Positions 10,725-21,200 of a stretch of DNA of 64,000 nucleotides are shown in pieces. Origin of the DNA: a virus. Below the pieces are notes generated by a model. That model had not been told where the DNA came from. It did not search any database and was given only the letters and a program-made list of their open reading frames with translations. The DNA is taken from the IMG/VR virus record IMGVR_UViG_3300042898_002309, positions 33,025-97,024 of that record; one strand, 5' to 3'. The position numbers were made by a program, and so were the translations under genes. Each line of letters begins with the position of its first letter. Position 1 is the stretch's first letter.

Positions 10725-13700
10725 TTTGATTCTTTCTATGATATATCCTGCTTTTTCTAGTGCTTTAATTTCATCATCATCTAAGTCATCTTCCCATGAT
10801 TCAATATCACCACCATTTTTTTCTTGTTGTAATGCACCTACACCTAATGTTCCTGCAATTGGAGCAACTGCCCAAACTTTATTAAATAACTTAGCAGCTG
10901 ATTTTCCATTATCTTTTTTTATTATTTTAACAAACTGAGTATCTACTGGAGTATTTCCTAAAGCAACTTCTTTAAACATTTTATCTGCTTGTTCAGGAGT
11001 TATTATATCATCAGGAGATAAATCAAAATATTTTCTAAGTTCCATTATTCTTGCCTGTACTTCTGTTGGGTCTGATAAATAATCTATAAGTTTATCAACT
11101 TCTTTACTATTATTTATTTTTTTTCTTTCTTTAAGATAAGGATAATCAATTGCATCTTCAATAATTTTTTTTTGATCAGTTAATTCTAAAGATTGTGCTT
11201 TTGTCCAATCATGTGTTAATTCATGTATTCCTGTACTTAATCTATTTTTAGGATCTAACCATCTTGAAACCCAATTACCATGTCTTATAAATTGTGGTTT
11301 AGTATCTAAAGCATTAGGCTTAGTTTTAATTAATTTATCAACTTTAGGAATTTCAGATTCTAATTTATTTTTTGAAAGTGGAATATAAGTATTTTCAGGC
11401 ATATTTAAAATTTCTCCTGGAATATCTTCATGAGTATAATTAATTCCTGCATTATCTTTATGAATATTAGGAAATTCAGTTAATTGCTCTATTATAGGAT
11501 ATTCTTGCAATCTTCCTGCAGGTTTATATCCACTAGTAAATTTAATTACTTCTTCTAAATTATGTTTTGCAATTGGTGAATTTTCAACTGTACCAAATAC
11601 TGAATGATAGTTAGGTGATTTTAAACTTTCTTTATAACTATTAATAATTTTTTCTTGAGTTGCAGGATGACTCACCCATCCTTGCATCCAATTTTCAGCT
11701 TCTCTTAATGTTTTAAGTCTCTCTGGTGTTTTAGTTATAACATCATAAAATCTACCAGGTAATTTACCAATTCCTTTAATCATGTTAACAGCATTAGGAG
11801 AACCTGGTAATGTTTTACCAATTGCTTTAGTACCTTGATTTAAATATTTAGCACCTTGATTTATATCTTGAGCAAGAGATTTAACACCTTGTATAGCAGT
11901 TCTACCAGATCCTGGTACACCTGCAAATGCTAAACCTGTTTCTAAAAGACCTGTTGCATAATTACCTTTATGTAATTCATTACCAGCATGACCACCCCAA
12001 TATCCTGGATTAACTATATTAGCAAGATCAGAAATTTCAAATTGGCCTTTAGTTTGTCCTGTAGCTTTTAAATATTTATCATACTCAGGACTTTCAGTAT
12101 TCATTAAACCTCTTCCCATTCCAGGTATATATGCTTGATTACCTGTTAATGCATTACCTGCCATAAGAATTGGGTGAGCAATAGCAGCTTGAGTTACATC
12201 TAAAGCTTTTTCAGCAAAAGACATTTTATTATATTTATTCCACTGTTCTTTTTCAAATGCTGCCTGTTCTTTTTTTCTTGCTTCACGTTTTGCAGTTTCT
12301 TGTGGAGAATTATAAAATGCTGCATTATTAATATCACTTACAACTTGTTTAGGTATTACTGTACGTGTATTATCACTTACAGGTCCTCTAGGAATTGCAT
12401 CATTTATTGCTTTTTGTTTTGCAAGTTTTTCTTTTGCAAGTTTTATAGCTTTTTCTTTATTAAGTTCTTGTTGATATTTTTTTACAAGATCTTGCTTATT
12501 TAATTCTGGTGAGTCTGAATTTTTCTTTATATATTGTTGCTTATGATCTTGCATAAGTAAATTAAACTGAGGTGCAGGTTGCTCTAATGGTTTTTTATAT
12601 ACTGTTTTACCACCTTGTGCTTTATCTAATATACCTCCATTTTTAAATCCTCCTTCAATAGTTGCTGGTTGTAAATGCCATTGATCTAATGCTGCACCAG
12701 TACCTATTGTTAAAGGTATAGCAGCTTTATATATATTAGGATTAGTCATGTCAAATTTACCATTATTTCTTAACAAAGATTTAATATTTTTTGGATTAAT
12801 TATAGAATAGTTATTTTTATTAATTGGTGCACGCAAACCTCTTAGTACATCTCCATTAAATCCAGCATACATACCAGCATCTTTGATATTTTTAAAATTA
12901 ACTGCATCATATCCTAATTTTTTAGCAATATCCGTAACTTCAGCTGTATCATATTTTTTCTTTGGCTTTATTCCCAAAACATTAAAATTTTCCTGACCAA
13001 TTCTATTAATTAACTCATCATGATCAAGTTTTGTCCATAGTTTATTTTTAGCATCAAAAATTAATGGGTTTTTTGTTTTAGCAGCTAACTCATATCTTTT
13101 AGAAAAAGGATTTAATTTTAGTCTGTATGAATCAGCATCTTTAGGAGAATTAGCTAAATAAACCCCATCTTCTAAATCACCTACTTTACCTTTTCTAAAT
13201 TCTTGAATATTACCTTTATTAGAACCATGATATCCTGTAACATAGTTATCTCCAAAAGCATTTTTAAAGTTTTCACTATTCTGTTGTACAAATTGTTCAG
13301 GAGTTCCTTTATAAGCAGAACCATCTGAATTTTTCATCCAAGTTCCATTAGTTTTAGTAGCTTCTTCTATTTTAGAATACTCTTTTAATAAAGGTTCATC
13401 TGCAAGTATTTCTTTATTCCAATTACCCCAATTAATTTCAGACTGAAAAGGAGTTCTATAATCGTCTACTTTAGATAATAAACCTGTTTCTGTTCCTAAT
13501 GCTTTACCTAAATATTTAACACCTGGTTTTACACCTAATCTTACTGCATCATCAAGTAATCCTGAACCTGGTATAAATCTTAATCCTTCTAAAAAAGCAG
13601 AACCATAATTACCCTTTCCTATATTTCTTACAACTTTATCTCCCGCATCAAAAAGATTTAATGTACTATTTAATGTATTACCTACAAGATTTCTTCCTTC

Positions 13701-16700
13701 TACTACACCAGGATCAATACCTGCCATACGCATTTCATTAATATTATGTGGCATATTTTCTGCACCTCCTCCTGATATAGCATATTCTGCAGCAGTAAAT
13801 GGATTAGTAATATATTCCCATGCTCTATTTGAATTACTTTGTGTTGGTGCTGCTTGTACTGCATCAGGTTCACCTATTTGACCTACACCTGCACTTTTCC
13901 AATGCATGTTCTCAATATCATCTAAATCTTTTTGAGTAATTGCATATCCATTTTTTTTACCACTTGCAATATAATCTTTTTGAGAAGTTGCAATTTTATC
14001 TTTAACTTTTGTATATGCATCTTTACCTGTTACTTTAAACTTTTCATCAAATAATTTTTGTGCAGTTTTTTGTTGTACAGTGGGTTGAACTGGTTTCTTT
14101 TTACTTGGTGTAACATTTTTTTCATTACTCCATCCAGCATTAGATTTACTATTTTGATCATTATTATATCTATCAAGTGCTTGTTTTTTTTGTATTGCTA
14201 AACCTTGTCCAACTATTTGTCCTAATGGAGAAGTATAAAAATTATAAGGTTTTTCTTTAACAGCAACTTTAGGTTGTACTTCACCTTTTTTTTGATAAGA
14301 ATCTAATGCTCCACCTTGTCTAAATCCTCCTTCAATAGTTGCTGGTTGTAAATGCCATTTAGTTCTAGGTACTTTTTTATATCCCTGCAACCAATGTTGT
14401 TTATAAACATTAACATTTGGATGATTAAATGAAAGAGGTGCATTACCTGGTGTTGTAATTTCATAACCAAAATTTTCAAATGGAGATACACCATTTGTAT
14501 TAAAATTTGCTATATCATGAGAATTAGTTACTTCAACCATATGAGGACCTTCAAATTTATTCCAATTCCACACTCTATTATTTTTTCCACCAGCAAATGA
14601 TGTTTTATCAATTACTTCTTGAGGAAACTTATATTTTTTAGCATCAAATGGAACACCTTGACTATAATATGTTTCTTCAAATGCTTTATTACTAAAACTT
14701 GGATCATATACATCTACTTGATTACTTCTAAATACACCAGATTGTTGTGCATCTTCTAATCCTTCTTTACCTAACATTCTATATGCTGATGTAGGTTCAG
14801 GTTTCCATGCCCAGGGATTTACATCACTTACTTTAGATAATAAACCTGTTTCTGTTCCTAATGCTTTACCAACAGTTTTAGCACCTTGTGCAACATCATC
14901 AGCAACTGACTTAAATCCTGCTTTTGATCCTATTAATCCTGCTGCAATTTCTGCAGTTCCTGCTGCTGCTTCTTTCCAATCTTTAGTACCTTGTGATACA
15001 TCATACCAATCTCTAACATTTTTAGGAGTTTGATAAAAACTATTAGCCATACCTGCGGCCATTGCAGCATTACCTACAGTAGCACCTGGTACAGCAGCCA
15101 TTCCTGGAAGTGACATTGCTCCTATAGCACCTGCGGCTTCTAATGCAGCTGGAGCAGCAAAAGGTAAAGTCCAAAACCAATCAGCAGAACCTGCACTTTG
15201 TGGACCAAAATTAGGACCATGTAGTTTACGTGCCAATTCTTTTGACTGTTCTTGCCATTGCCAGTTTCTATATTTTTCTGCATATTCTTTAGGAGAAAGT
15301 TGTATTCCTTTTGGTCTATTATTATTAGCAGGTGTAACAGTTACTTCATCTAGATATCCAGTACTAGATATTATGCCTTTAGCTTTGTCACTTTCATATT
15401 TAGCTTTTTGTTGTTGATAATTTTTATACCATTCCTCATCAGGTAATGTTCCATCTGGTTCTCCCCCTTCTTTAAAATTTTCAGTAAGAACTGCTGGTTT
15501 TAAATGTTTTTTATTATCTTGAATTACATTAGTATTAGAAGTACCAGTATTAATATTATAATTTTGACTACCAGCAGCCTCATCTGTCCATGGAACTTCT
15601 TTGTATGTAGTAACTGGTCTTTGTCTTTTTATATTTCCTAATACAGGATCTTTAATCCAATAATCTTCTACACCTTGAACTGGTACACGGAGTGTTCTTT
15701 GTACAGCTTTTTGTACAGGTATAGTCATTTGTTCTCTAACAGGTTTAGATAAAATGGATTGCTCAGGTCTTTTAAATTCTTGATATGGTATATTATTAAG
15801 TGGTGTAACTTCTTCAATAGATTGTACAGGTTGTACAGGTTTTTTATATACATTATGTATTACTGGTTTTTTATATTGTCCAACTCTATGTAATCCATTA
15901 TTATATGTAACAAAACCTACTGGTTTATTTAATTTTTTAGTTTTATCTGAAAAAGAACCAATATTTAAATAATCCATATAATCTTTGTCACTGAGTTTTA
16001 TACCAAATTGTTTATCTTGATCTTTTAAATTTTTTAATGAAGTATTATATGACTCATATTTTTTTGTAGCAGAATTTATAGTTTGATTTTTTGGTGTTTT
16101 TTTAGTTTTATCTGCTTTAATAACATTATTTATTCCACTATTATAAAAAGATAAACTATCAGATTCAGCTGCAAAGGCTTTATTATAGTCATCTCTATTA
16201 GTATGTGTTACTGTTCTACCTGTTTGAGCTTTATGAAGTATACCACCATATTTACGTGTAACTACAGGTTGAGCACCTCTTTGTTGTTGCTGATATTCAA
16301 GATTTTTTTGTTGGAAAGTATCACTATCTCTTTTTCTTCTAGCTGCCTCTCTTTGTTCTTGAGTATATCCTTCAGGTAAATCTAAATTCTCATCACCAGC
16401 TAATACACCATATCTTGGACCGGCATAATGAACAGGTTTTTTATATGGTTTAGCTAGAATAATTTGTTGTTCAGGTCTTGTAAATTCTTGATATGATATA
16501 GGTTTAAGAGGAGTAACTTCCTCAACAGGTTTTACTGGGTATTTTTTTAAATAATCTGCAGTAGGTGTATTACCATTTTTATCTAGTATTTTTTTATTAA
16601 CAGGTTTTTTATCTATTGGTTTTACTGATTGTATTGAAGAAGATAATCCTAATGTTTTTAATTTTGATTGAGGTATTCCAGATGCACCATATTTTTTAAA

Positions 16701-18245
16701 TCTTATTTTTATTTCATCATCTGAAAGCATGTTTGCAGGTTTTATAGCAAGAGGATCATAATAAGGCAGCGTTGTAATATATCCAGGTAATTTTTTATCT
16801 ATTTCTTCATCTTTTTTAGTTCTATAAATCCATTCATTTATAGATTTTTCTGGATCTTTTAATTTAATTGCTGCACCAATATTGATTAATTTTTTTTTAT
16901 AATTTGCTTTTTTTATAGGATCATTTTCTAATTTATAACGTATTATATTGGTTGTCCAACTATTTGAATATGATGGAGCATTAGATGTAGTCATTTTTTG
17001 TATTTTAGCTATATCTGGTGATACATTCTCTGCAAATGTATATTTTTTAGGTTGATAAGTAATTTGTCCTTGTGGTTTTATTCTAGTATCATATTTTAAC
17101 AATGGAGCTTTTGGATCTATAGCTCCTGTAATTACGTCAGACATATAAATAGCATTAGCATTTTTATTATTTTTAATAATAGTTTTATTTGAACTAGAAA
17201 CACTAGGGTGCGCTAAGGTTTCTTTTTGAATGTTTTTTAAATCCCAAGAACCATCATACCAAAGACCAATTTCTGGATTATTATAATATGGTTTTAAATT
17301 ATCATAAAAACCTTTTAACTTAATAGCATTATTATATAATGATAAACTATCAGAAGCTGTAGCAAGTCCTGTTTGTGCTTTAACTAGTTCATGTTGTACA
17401 AAACCACCCGCTTTAAATCCTTTCATCATTGGTGCCACTTCTTTATAGTGTTCCGCAAAATATTGTGCTTCTTCAGGAGTTCTGAAGTTTATATCTTCTT
17501 TACTTGGGGGAGGGTTTTCATTATACTCTAATTCATTACCACCTTTATCTTGTAACAATGGTACTGCTTGATTTCCCATAGAAGCCATAAAATGTGTACC
17601 TAAATCTCCATTTCCAAACTCATAAGTTTTAGGATTAGGTGAAACCATCCTTTGAGCTGCTGGATTTTTAAATTCGTTTTCAGTAGCCATTCTAGCTTTC
17701 ATCATAGCATTCATAGCATTTTTGTCAACAGGTATTTCTTCTGCTCTAGGACCCGCTGTATTTTGTGGACCACCATCTTGTGCTTCAGGTAATTCTTCTA
17801 CTACATAACCACCATCTCTATATGCTTGTATTTCTTCATCAGTAAGATCAAGATCTTCATAATCAGCTTCTCCACCATTTTCTTTAGTAGGTAGATTAAA
17901 ACCATAATTTAATTCATAGTGACTTAATGGATTAGGATTAAGATTAATAGTACCAAGTTTAGAACCACCCTTCTTAGCCATAGGTGTTTCATCTACATAA
18001 GATGCACCAGGAAAGTTATAATCTTGATTAGGTTGCATCATTGATCCAGGACCAACATTAGGTTGAGCCCATACAGGATAAGGTACACCTTGCATAGTAA
18101 TATCATTACCAGGGATTCTAGTTTTTTGACCTGGATATTTCCATTGACCTGCTGGATCAGTTATTATATCTTTTGGTTTACCTGGTGCTTTTGCTTTACC
18201 TAATTCTGATACAGCTTTAGATAATACTTTTTTATTGAATCCCAT
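10722..18245 (-). CDS. Modular polyvalent virion protein, 2507 aa: two ADP-ribosyltransferase-like modules and a C-terminal zincin metallopeptidase-like module
   Basis: HELTH (nt 11211-11225) with a downstream PTEVQARI fits a zincin HExxH...E site. YHGS...F...GVYLA (nt ~13150-13232) fits an ART-like signature; a second module has AYRMLG...YYSQG. Internal repeats are present. Confidence 0.6.
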   Translation of the reverse strand: MGFNKKVLSKAVSELGKAKAPGKPKDIITDPAGQWKYPGQKTRIPGNDITMQGVPYPVWAQPNVGPGSMMQPNQDYNFPGASYVDETPMAKKGGSKLGTINLNPNPLSHYELNYGFNLPTKENGGEADYEDLDLTDEEIQAYRDGGYVVEELPEAQDGGPQNTAGPRAEEIPVDKNAMNAMMKARMATENEFKNPAAQRMVSPNPKTYEFGNGDLGTHFMASMGNQAVPLLQDKGGNELEYNENPPPSKEDINFRTPEEAQYFAEHYKEVAPMMKGFKAGGFVQHELVKAQTGLATASDSLSLYNNAIKLKGFYDNLKPYYNNPEIGLWYDGSWDLKNIQKETLAHPSVSSSNKTIIKNNKNANAIYMSDVITGAIDPKAPLLKYDTRIKPQGQITYQPKKYTFAENVSPDIAKIQKMTTSNAPSYSNSWTTNIIRYKLENDPIKKANYKKKLINIGAAIKLKDPEKSINEWIYRTKKDEEIDKKLPGYITTLPYYDPLAIKPANMLSDDEIKIRFKKYGASGIPQSKLKTLGLSSSIQSVKPIDKKPVNKKILDKNGNTPTADYLKKYPVKPVEEVTPLKPISYQEFTRPEQQIILAKPYKKPVHYAGPRYGVLAGDENLDLPEGYTQEQREAARRKRDSDTFQQKNLEYQQQQRGAQPVVTRKYGGILHKAQTGRTVTHTNRDDYNKAFAAESDSLSFYNSGINNVIKADKTKKTPKNQTINSATKKYESYNTSLKNLKDQDKQFGIKLSDKDYMDYLNIGSFSDKTKKLNKPVGFVTYNNGLHRVGQYKKPVIHNVYKKPVQPVQSIEEVTPLNNIPYQEFKRPEQSILSKPVREQMTIPVQKAVQRTLRVPVQGVEDYWIKDPVLGNIKRQRPVTTYKEVPWTDEAAGSQNYNINTGTSNTNVIQDNKKHLKPAVLTENFKEGGEPDGTLPDEEWYKNYQQQKAKYESDKAKGIISSTGYLDEVTVTPANNNRPKGIQLSPKEYAEKYRNWQWQEQSKELARKLHGPNFGPQSAGSADWFWTLPFAAPAALEAAGAIGAMSLPGMAAVPGATVGNAAMAAGMANSFYQTPKNVRDWYDVSQGTKDWKEAAAGTAEIAAGLIGSKAGFKSVADDVAQGAKTVGKALGTETGLLSKVSDVNPWAWKPEPTSAYRMLGKEGLEDAQQSGVFRSNQVDVYDPSFSNKAFEETYYSQGVPFDAKKYKFPQEVIDKTSFAGGKNNRVWNWNKFEGPHMVEVTNSHDIANFNTNGVSPFENFGYEITTPGNAPLSFNHPNVNVYKQHWLQGYKKVPRTKWHLQPATIEGGFRQGGALDSYQKKGEVQPKVAVKEKPYNFYTSPLGQIVGQGLAIQKKQALDRYNNDQNSKSNAGWSNEKNVTPSKKKPVQPTVQQKTAQKLFDEKFKVTGKDAYTKVKDKIATSQKDYIASGKKNGYAITQKDLDDIENMHWKSAGVGQIGEPDAVQAAPTQSNSNRAWEYITNPFTAAEYAISGGGAENMPHNINEMRMAGIDPGVVEGRNLVGNTLNSTLNLFDAGDKVVRNIGKGNYGSAFLEGLRFIPGSGLLDDAVRLGVKPGVKYLGKALGTETGLLSKVDDYRTPFQSEINWGNWNKEILADEPLLKEYSKIEEATKTNGTWMKNSDGSAYKGTPEQFVQQNSENFKNAFGDNYVTGYHGSNKGNIQEFRKGKVGDLEDGVYLANSPKDADSYRLKLNPFSKRYELAAKTKNPLIFDAKNKLWTKLDHDELINRIGQENFNVLGIKPKKKYDTAEVTDIAKKLGYDAVNFKNIKDAGMYAGFNGDVLRGLRAPINKNNYSIINPKNIKSLLRNNGKFDMTNPNIYKAAIPLTIGTGAALDQWHLQPATIEGGFKNGGILDKAQGGKTVYKKPLEQPAPQFNLLMQDHKQQYIKKNSDSPELNKQDLVKKYQQELNKEKAIKLAKEKLAKQKAINDAIPRGPVSDNTRTVIPKQVVSDINNAAFYNSPQETAKREARKKEQAAFEKEQWNKYNKMSFAEKALDVTQAAIAHPILMAGNALTGNQAYIPGMGRGLMNTESPEYDKYLKATGQTKGQFEISDLANIVNPGYWGGHAGNELHKGNYATGLLETGLAFAGVPGSGRTAIQGVKSLAQDINQGAKYLNQGTKAIGKTLPGSPNAVNMIKGIGKLPGRFYDVITKTPERLKTLREAENWMQGWVSHPATQEKIINSYKESLKSPNYHSVFGTVENSPIAKHNLEEVIKFTSGYKPAGRLQEYPIIEQLTEFPNIHKDNAGINYTHEDIPGEILNMPENTYIPLSKNKLESEIPKVDKLIKTKPNALDTKPQFIRHGNWVSRWLDPKNRLSTGIHELTHDWTKAQSLELTDQKKIIEDAIDYPYLKERKKINNSKEVDKLIDYLSDPTEVQARIMELRKYFDLSPDDIITPEQADKMFKEVALGNTPVDTQFVKIIKKDNGKSAAKLFNKVWAVAPIAGTLGVGALQQEKNGGDIESWEDDLDDDEIKALEKAGYIIERIK
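12644..12682. repeat. 39-bp direct repeat B (encodes WHLQPATIEGGF), copy identical to 14321-14359
   Basis: taaatcctccttcaatagttgctggttgtaaatgccatt read at both positions. Confidence 0.95.
13467..13508. repeat. 42-bp direct repeat A (encodes GKALGTETGLLSKV), copy identical to 14829-14870
   Basis: tactttagataataaacctgtttctgttcctaatgctttacc read at both positions. Confidence 0.95.
14321..14359. repeat. 39-bp direct repeat B, other copy
   Basis: Identical to 12644-12682. Confidence 0.95.
14829..14870. repeat. 42-bp direct repeat A, other copy
   Basis: Identical to 13467-13508. Confidence 0.95.
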
Positions 18246-21200
18246 TATCTGAGTGATATTTGATTTTTACTATTGCTCAATTTAATAATCATATTAACAT
18301 CCTGTGAATCAGTTCTGCTCAAATATAAGAAATTTAAATAATTCCTGAATTTTTTTCTTTGCAGTTCTGTTTTATTATAATTTAAATTTGTTGGAGTTAA
18401 TGTTTTTATATATCCATTAGCTTGTGTTACCCATATTGATTCTTGATCATAACTTCCTGCTAATACTGTAGTACTAGGAACTAATGGTCCTGTTGGAGGA
18501 TAATTAGATCCAATTGGGAACTCACCTCTATTTCTTGTTATATCCCAGAATTGATTAAATCTATATTTGTTTTCTTCTTTAGAGAATAGTATATCTATAG
18601 ATGTAGGATTAATAAGAGGATATGTATTAGCAAGAGTAATATTATTTTTAGGAAAGATATTAAGATTTAAGTATCCTGATACTTGTTCTGAATTAAATAT
18701 TACTGCTTTATCAAAATTATAATCCAACACATGGAATTGATCTACACAGTTATTAGAATGATTTTTATAGCATTCAAGTATATACTCTATAGATTTTAAA
18801 GTGGTAACTGTCTGTCCCGTAATAAGGGGTATCTCAACTTCAAATGGATGTTGAACTCCATAAAATTTACAGTAACTATTACATACTGCATTATGTTTCC
18901 ATACTTTACCTCCTTTAGTTGTTGCAAAATATTGTCTTGCTGGTAATACAAAGTCTGGATGCCAGTCATGAAAAGATATCCAATGTTGACTTTTAGGGTC
19001 AAAACTTGTAGTCCATGAAGCACTTTCAAATATAAGTGGATTACCTAATTCAACTTTTGCTATACCATCTACTAAGAAATAATCACCATAAGAAAAATAT
19101 ACTACTCTATTTGCATATTGAGGTTTTAATTTATAATCTTTTTTACAGAAATATATAACACCATTATAATTATCATATACTGCTTGAGTACCAATACCTG
19201 CTACAGGATTATCTGTATGTGGATATTCTGGAAAATCTTCAGTAAGTTTATATGGTAAGAATAAACTAAACCACCATTTCATTCCTGCTTGAGATATTTC
19301 TGTTAAACCTTGAGCAAATGAAAATACTCTTCCTTGATTTTGAGACATATAATACATTCCTGCAGGAGTACCAATAACACCAAATTTATTTTGAGAAGAC
19401 CCATACTCATACTCTACATCTGATATAGTAATATTTTGAGGAGGATTAGAAAATAAGCCACCATCACCTATAGTAAGTTTAGTACCTAACTCAGTTGTAA
19501 GAGTATCTACACCTTGATACATTAATGGACTAGCATTTTGGAATGTAATAAACATACCAGTTTTAGCATAAGGTTTTATACTAGTAATTCTATTCTTAAA
19601 GTCATGAAAATTATTTACTAAATATACAAACCAAGAATCTTTTGTAGACCAGTTTTGTTGTGGTAGTGAATATACTACTCTATCAGGATAATAAGTATAA
19701 CATAATTGGGATACAACAGGATTATAATATCTTGATTGTAGATTACCTTGTGAAAAATATTGTGTAAATATTTTAGATATACTTAATGAATAGTCATATG
19801 CATAATAGTTACCCTGTGTTATTGTATTAGGGTCCATATTAAACATTTCTGGTAAATTAGTATATGAATTTACATCATAATTTTTTTGCCAAGTTTCTAA
19901 ACCAGGTTGTCTAAAATCTACTATTACATCTGACTCAACAAAGAAATCTCTTACTGAAGAATTAGCTAAATAAAAATATGAATTTTTAGCACCAAATACT
20001 CCAGGATATGTATCTGGAAAACCTGATGCTGTATCATTTGAATACTTATATTTACGTATACTATTTACATAGTAATCTAAGTTATAAAAACCTGTTGGTA
20101 AAAGCCCTGTTCCAGCAGGTGGATTAATTAAATCTGCAATTGAACTTGGTGTAAGATCACCTACATCATATTCTTCACTGTTAGCCCAAAATCTTGGTTC
20201 AGCTATCATATGTCTTAGAATATAATTATATTCATAACCATCAGGTTGTCCATATAACCAGTCATAGAAAAAGAACATGTTGTTTTTTTCAGTATATCTA
20301 TTTACATAAGTGTCTCCTCCAAATAATACAGGAGTTTGAGTTATTGTTTCTAAAGTAACTAACTTAGCTGCAGTACCATAAGGAGTACTAATAGTACACC
20401 AAAAACTACTAAATGTTACTGGTATATTTTGATTATTATAATTTAATTTTTGTTCTGAAGGTGTAATAGGTATTTCTTTAAGTGAATCAAGTTGACCATA
20501 TTGATTTCTTAATCTAACTTTGATACCAACATAATGACTTGCAATACTAAGATTAAATTCATTAGTCTTTTTTGATTTCATGTCAACTGGTAATCCAATA
20601 CCTGCTTGTATAGCAGTACCCAATGTTACAAGTGAAGTATCACCATATCCTGTAGCTGTAGAAGGATTAAGAATATAATCAGGTCCAAAATTTTGATTTA
20701 AATTATTAGTAGTTCTTAAAGTAACAGTTGTCTGTCTTTGAAGATTATTAATTATATAACTAATTCCACTGAAAGGCTTAAGACCTTGAATATTATTTTT
20801 TAAATATAAACTATCTTCAATATTAAATCTTTGTCTTTTACCTGTAACTGGTGCAGCAAAACTACTATAGAAACCTTCTGCAATAGCTTGTAATGCATAT
20901 TGTCTATATGGTATTAAAGCATATACTAATCTAATTGTTGTATTTGCTCCTTCTGAAAAATAAAAAAATGATTGTTGAACAAAATTAGCAATACCAAAAA
21001 TACCTGCATATTGATATTTAGGTACATCTTTAGTATATGATCTTCCGGTAACACCTGTACCACCTAGTCCTGCACTGGTAGTATTTGCTGTTATATATGC
21101 ACCATATATACCTGCAAAAAGCGGATTACCAAGAGGATTTAAGGCATCAGTTAAATATAAACCTGTACTTAAATAAGTACTTAATGCAGCTTGATAAGTT

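Noticed and set aside
12644-14870. Repeats A and B as DGR template/variable repeats or IS ends
   Set aside because: The copies are identical with no adenine-specific differences, direct rather than inverted, in frame, and no RT or transposase is present.
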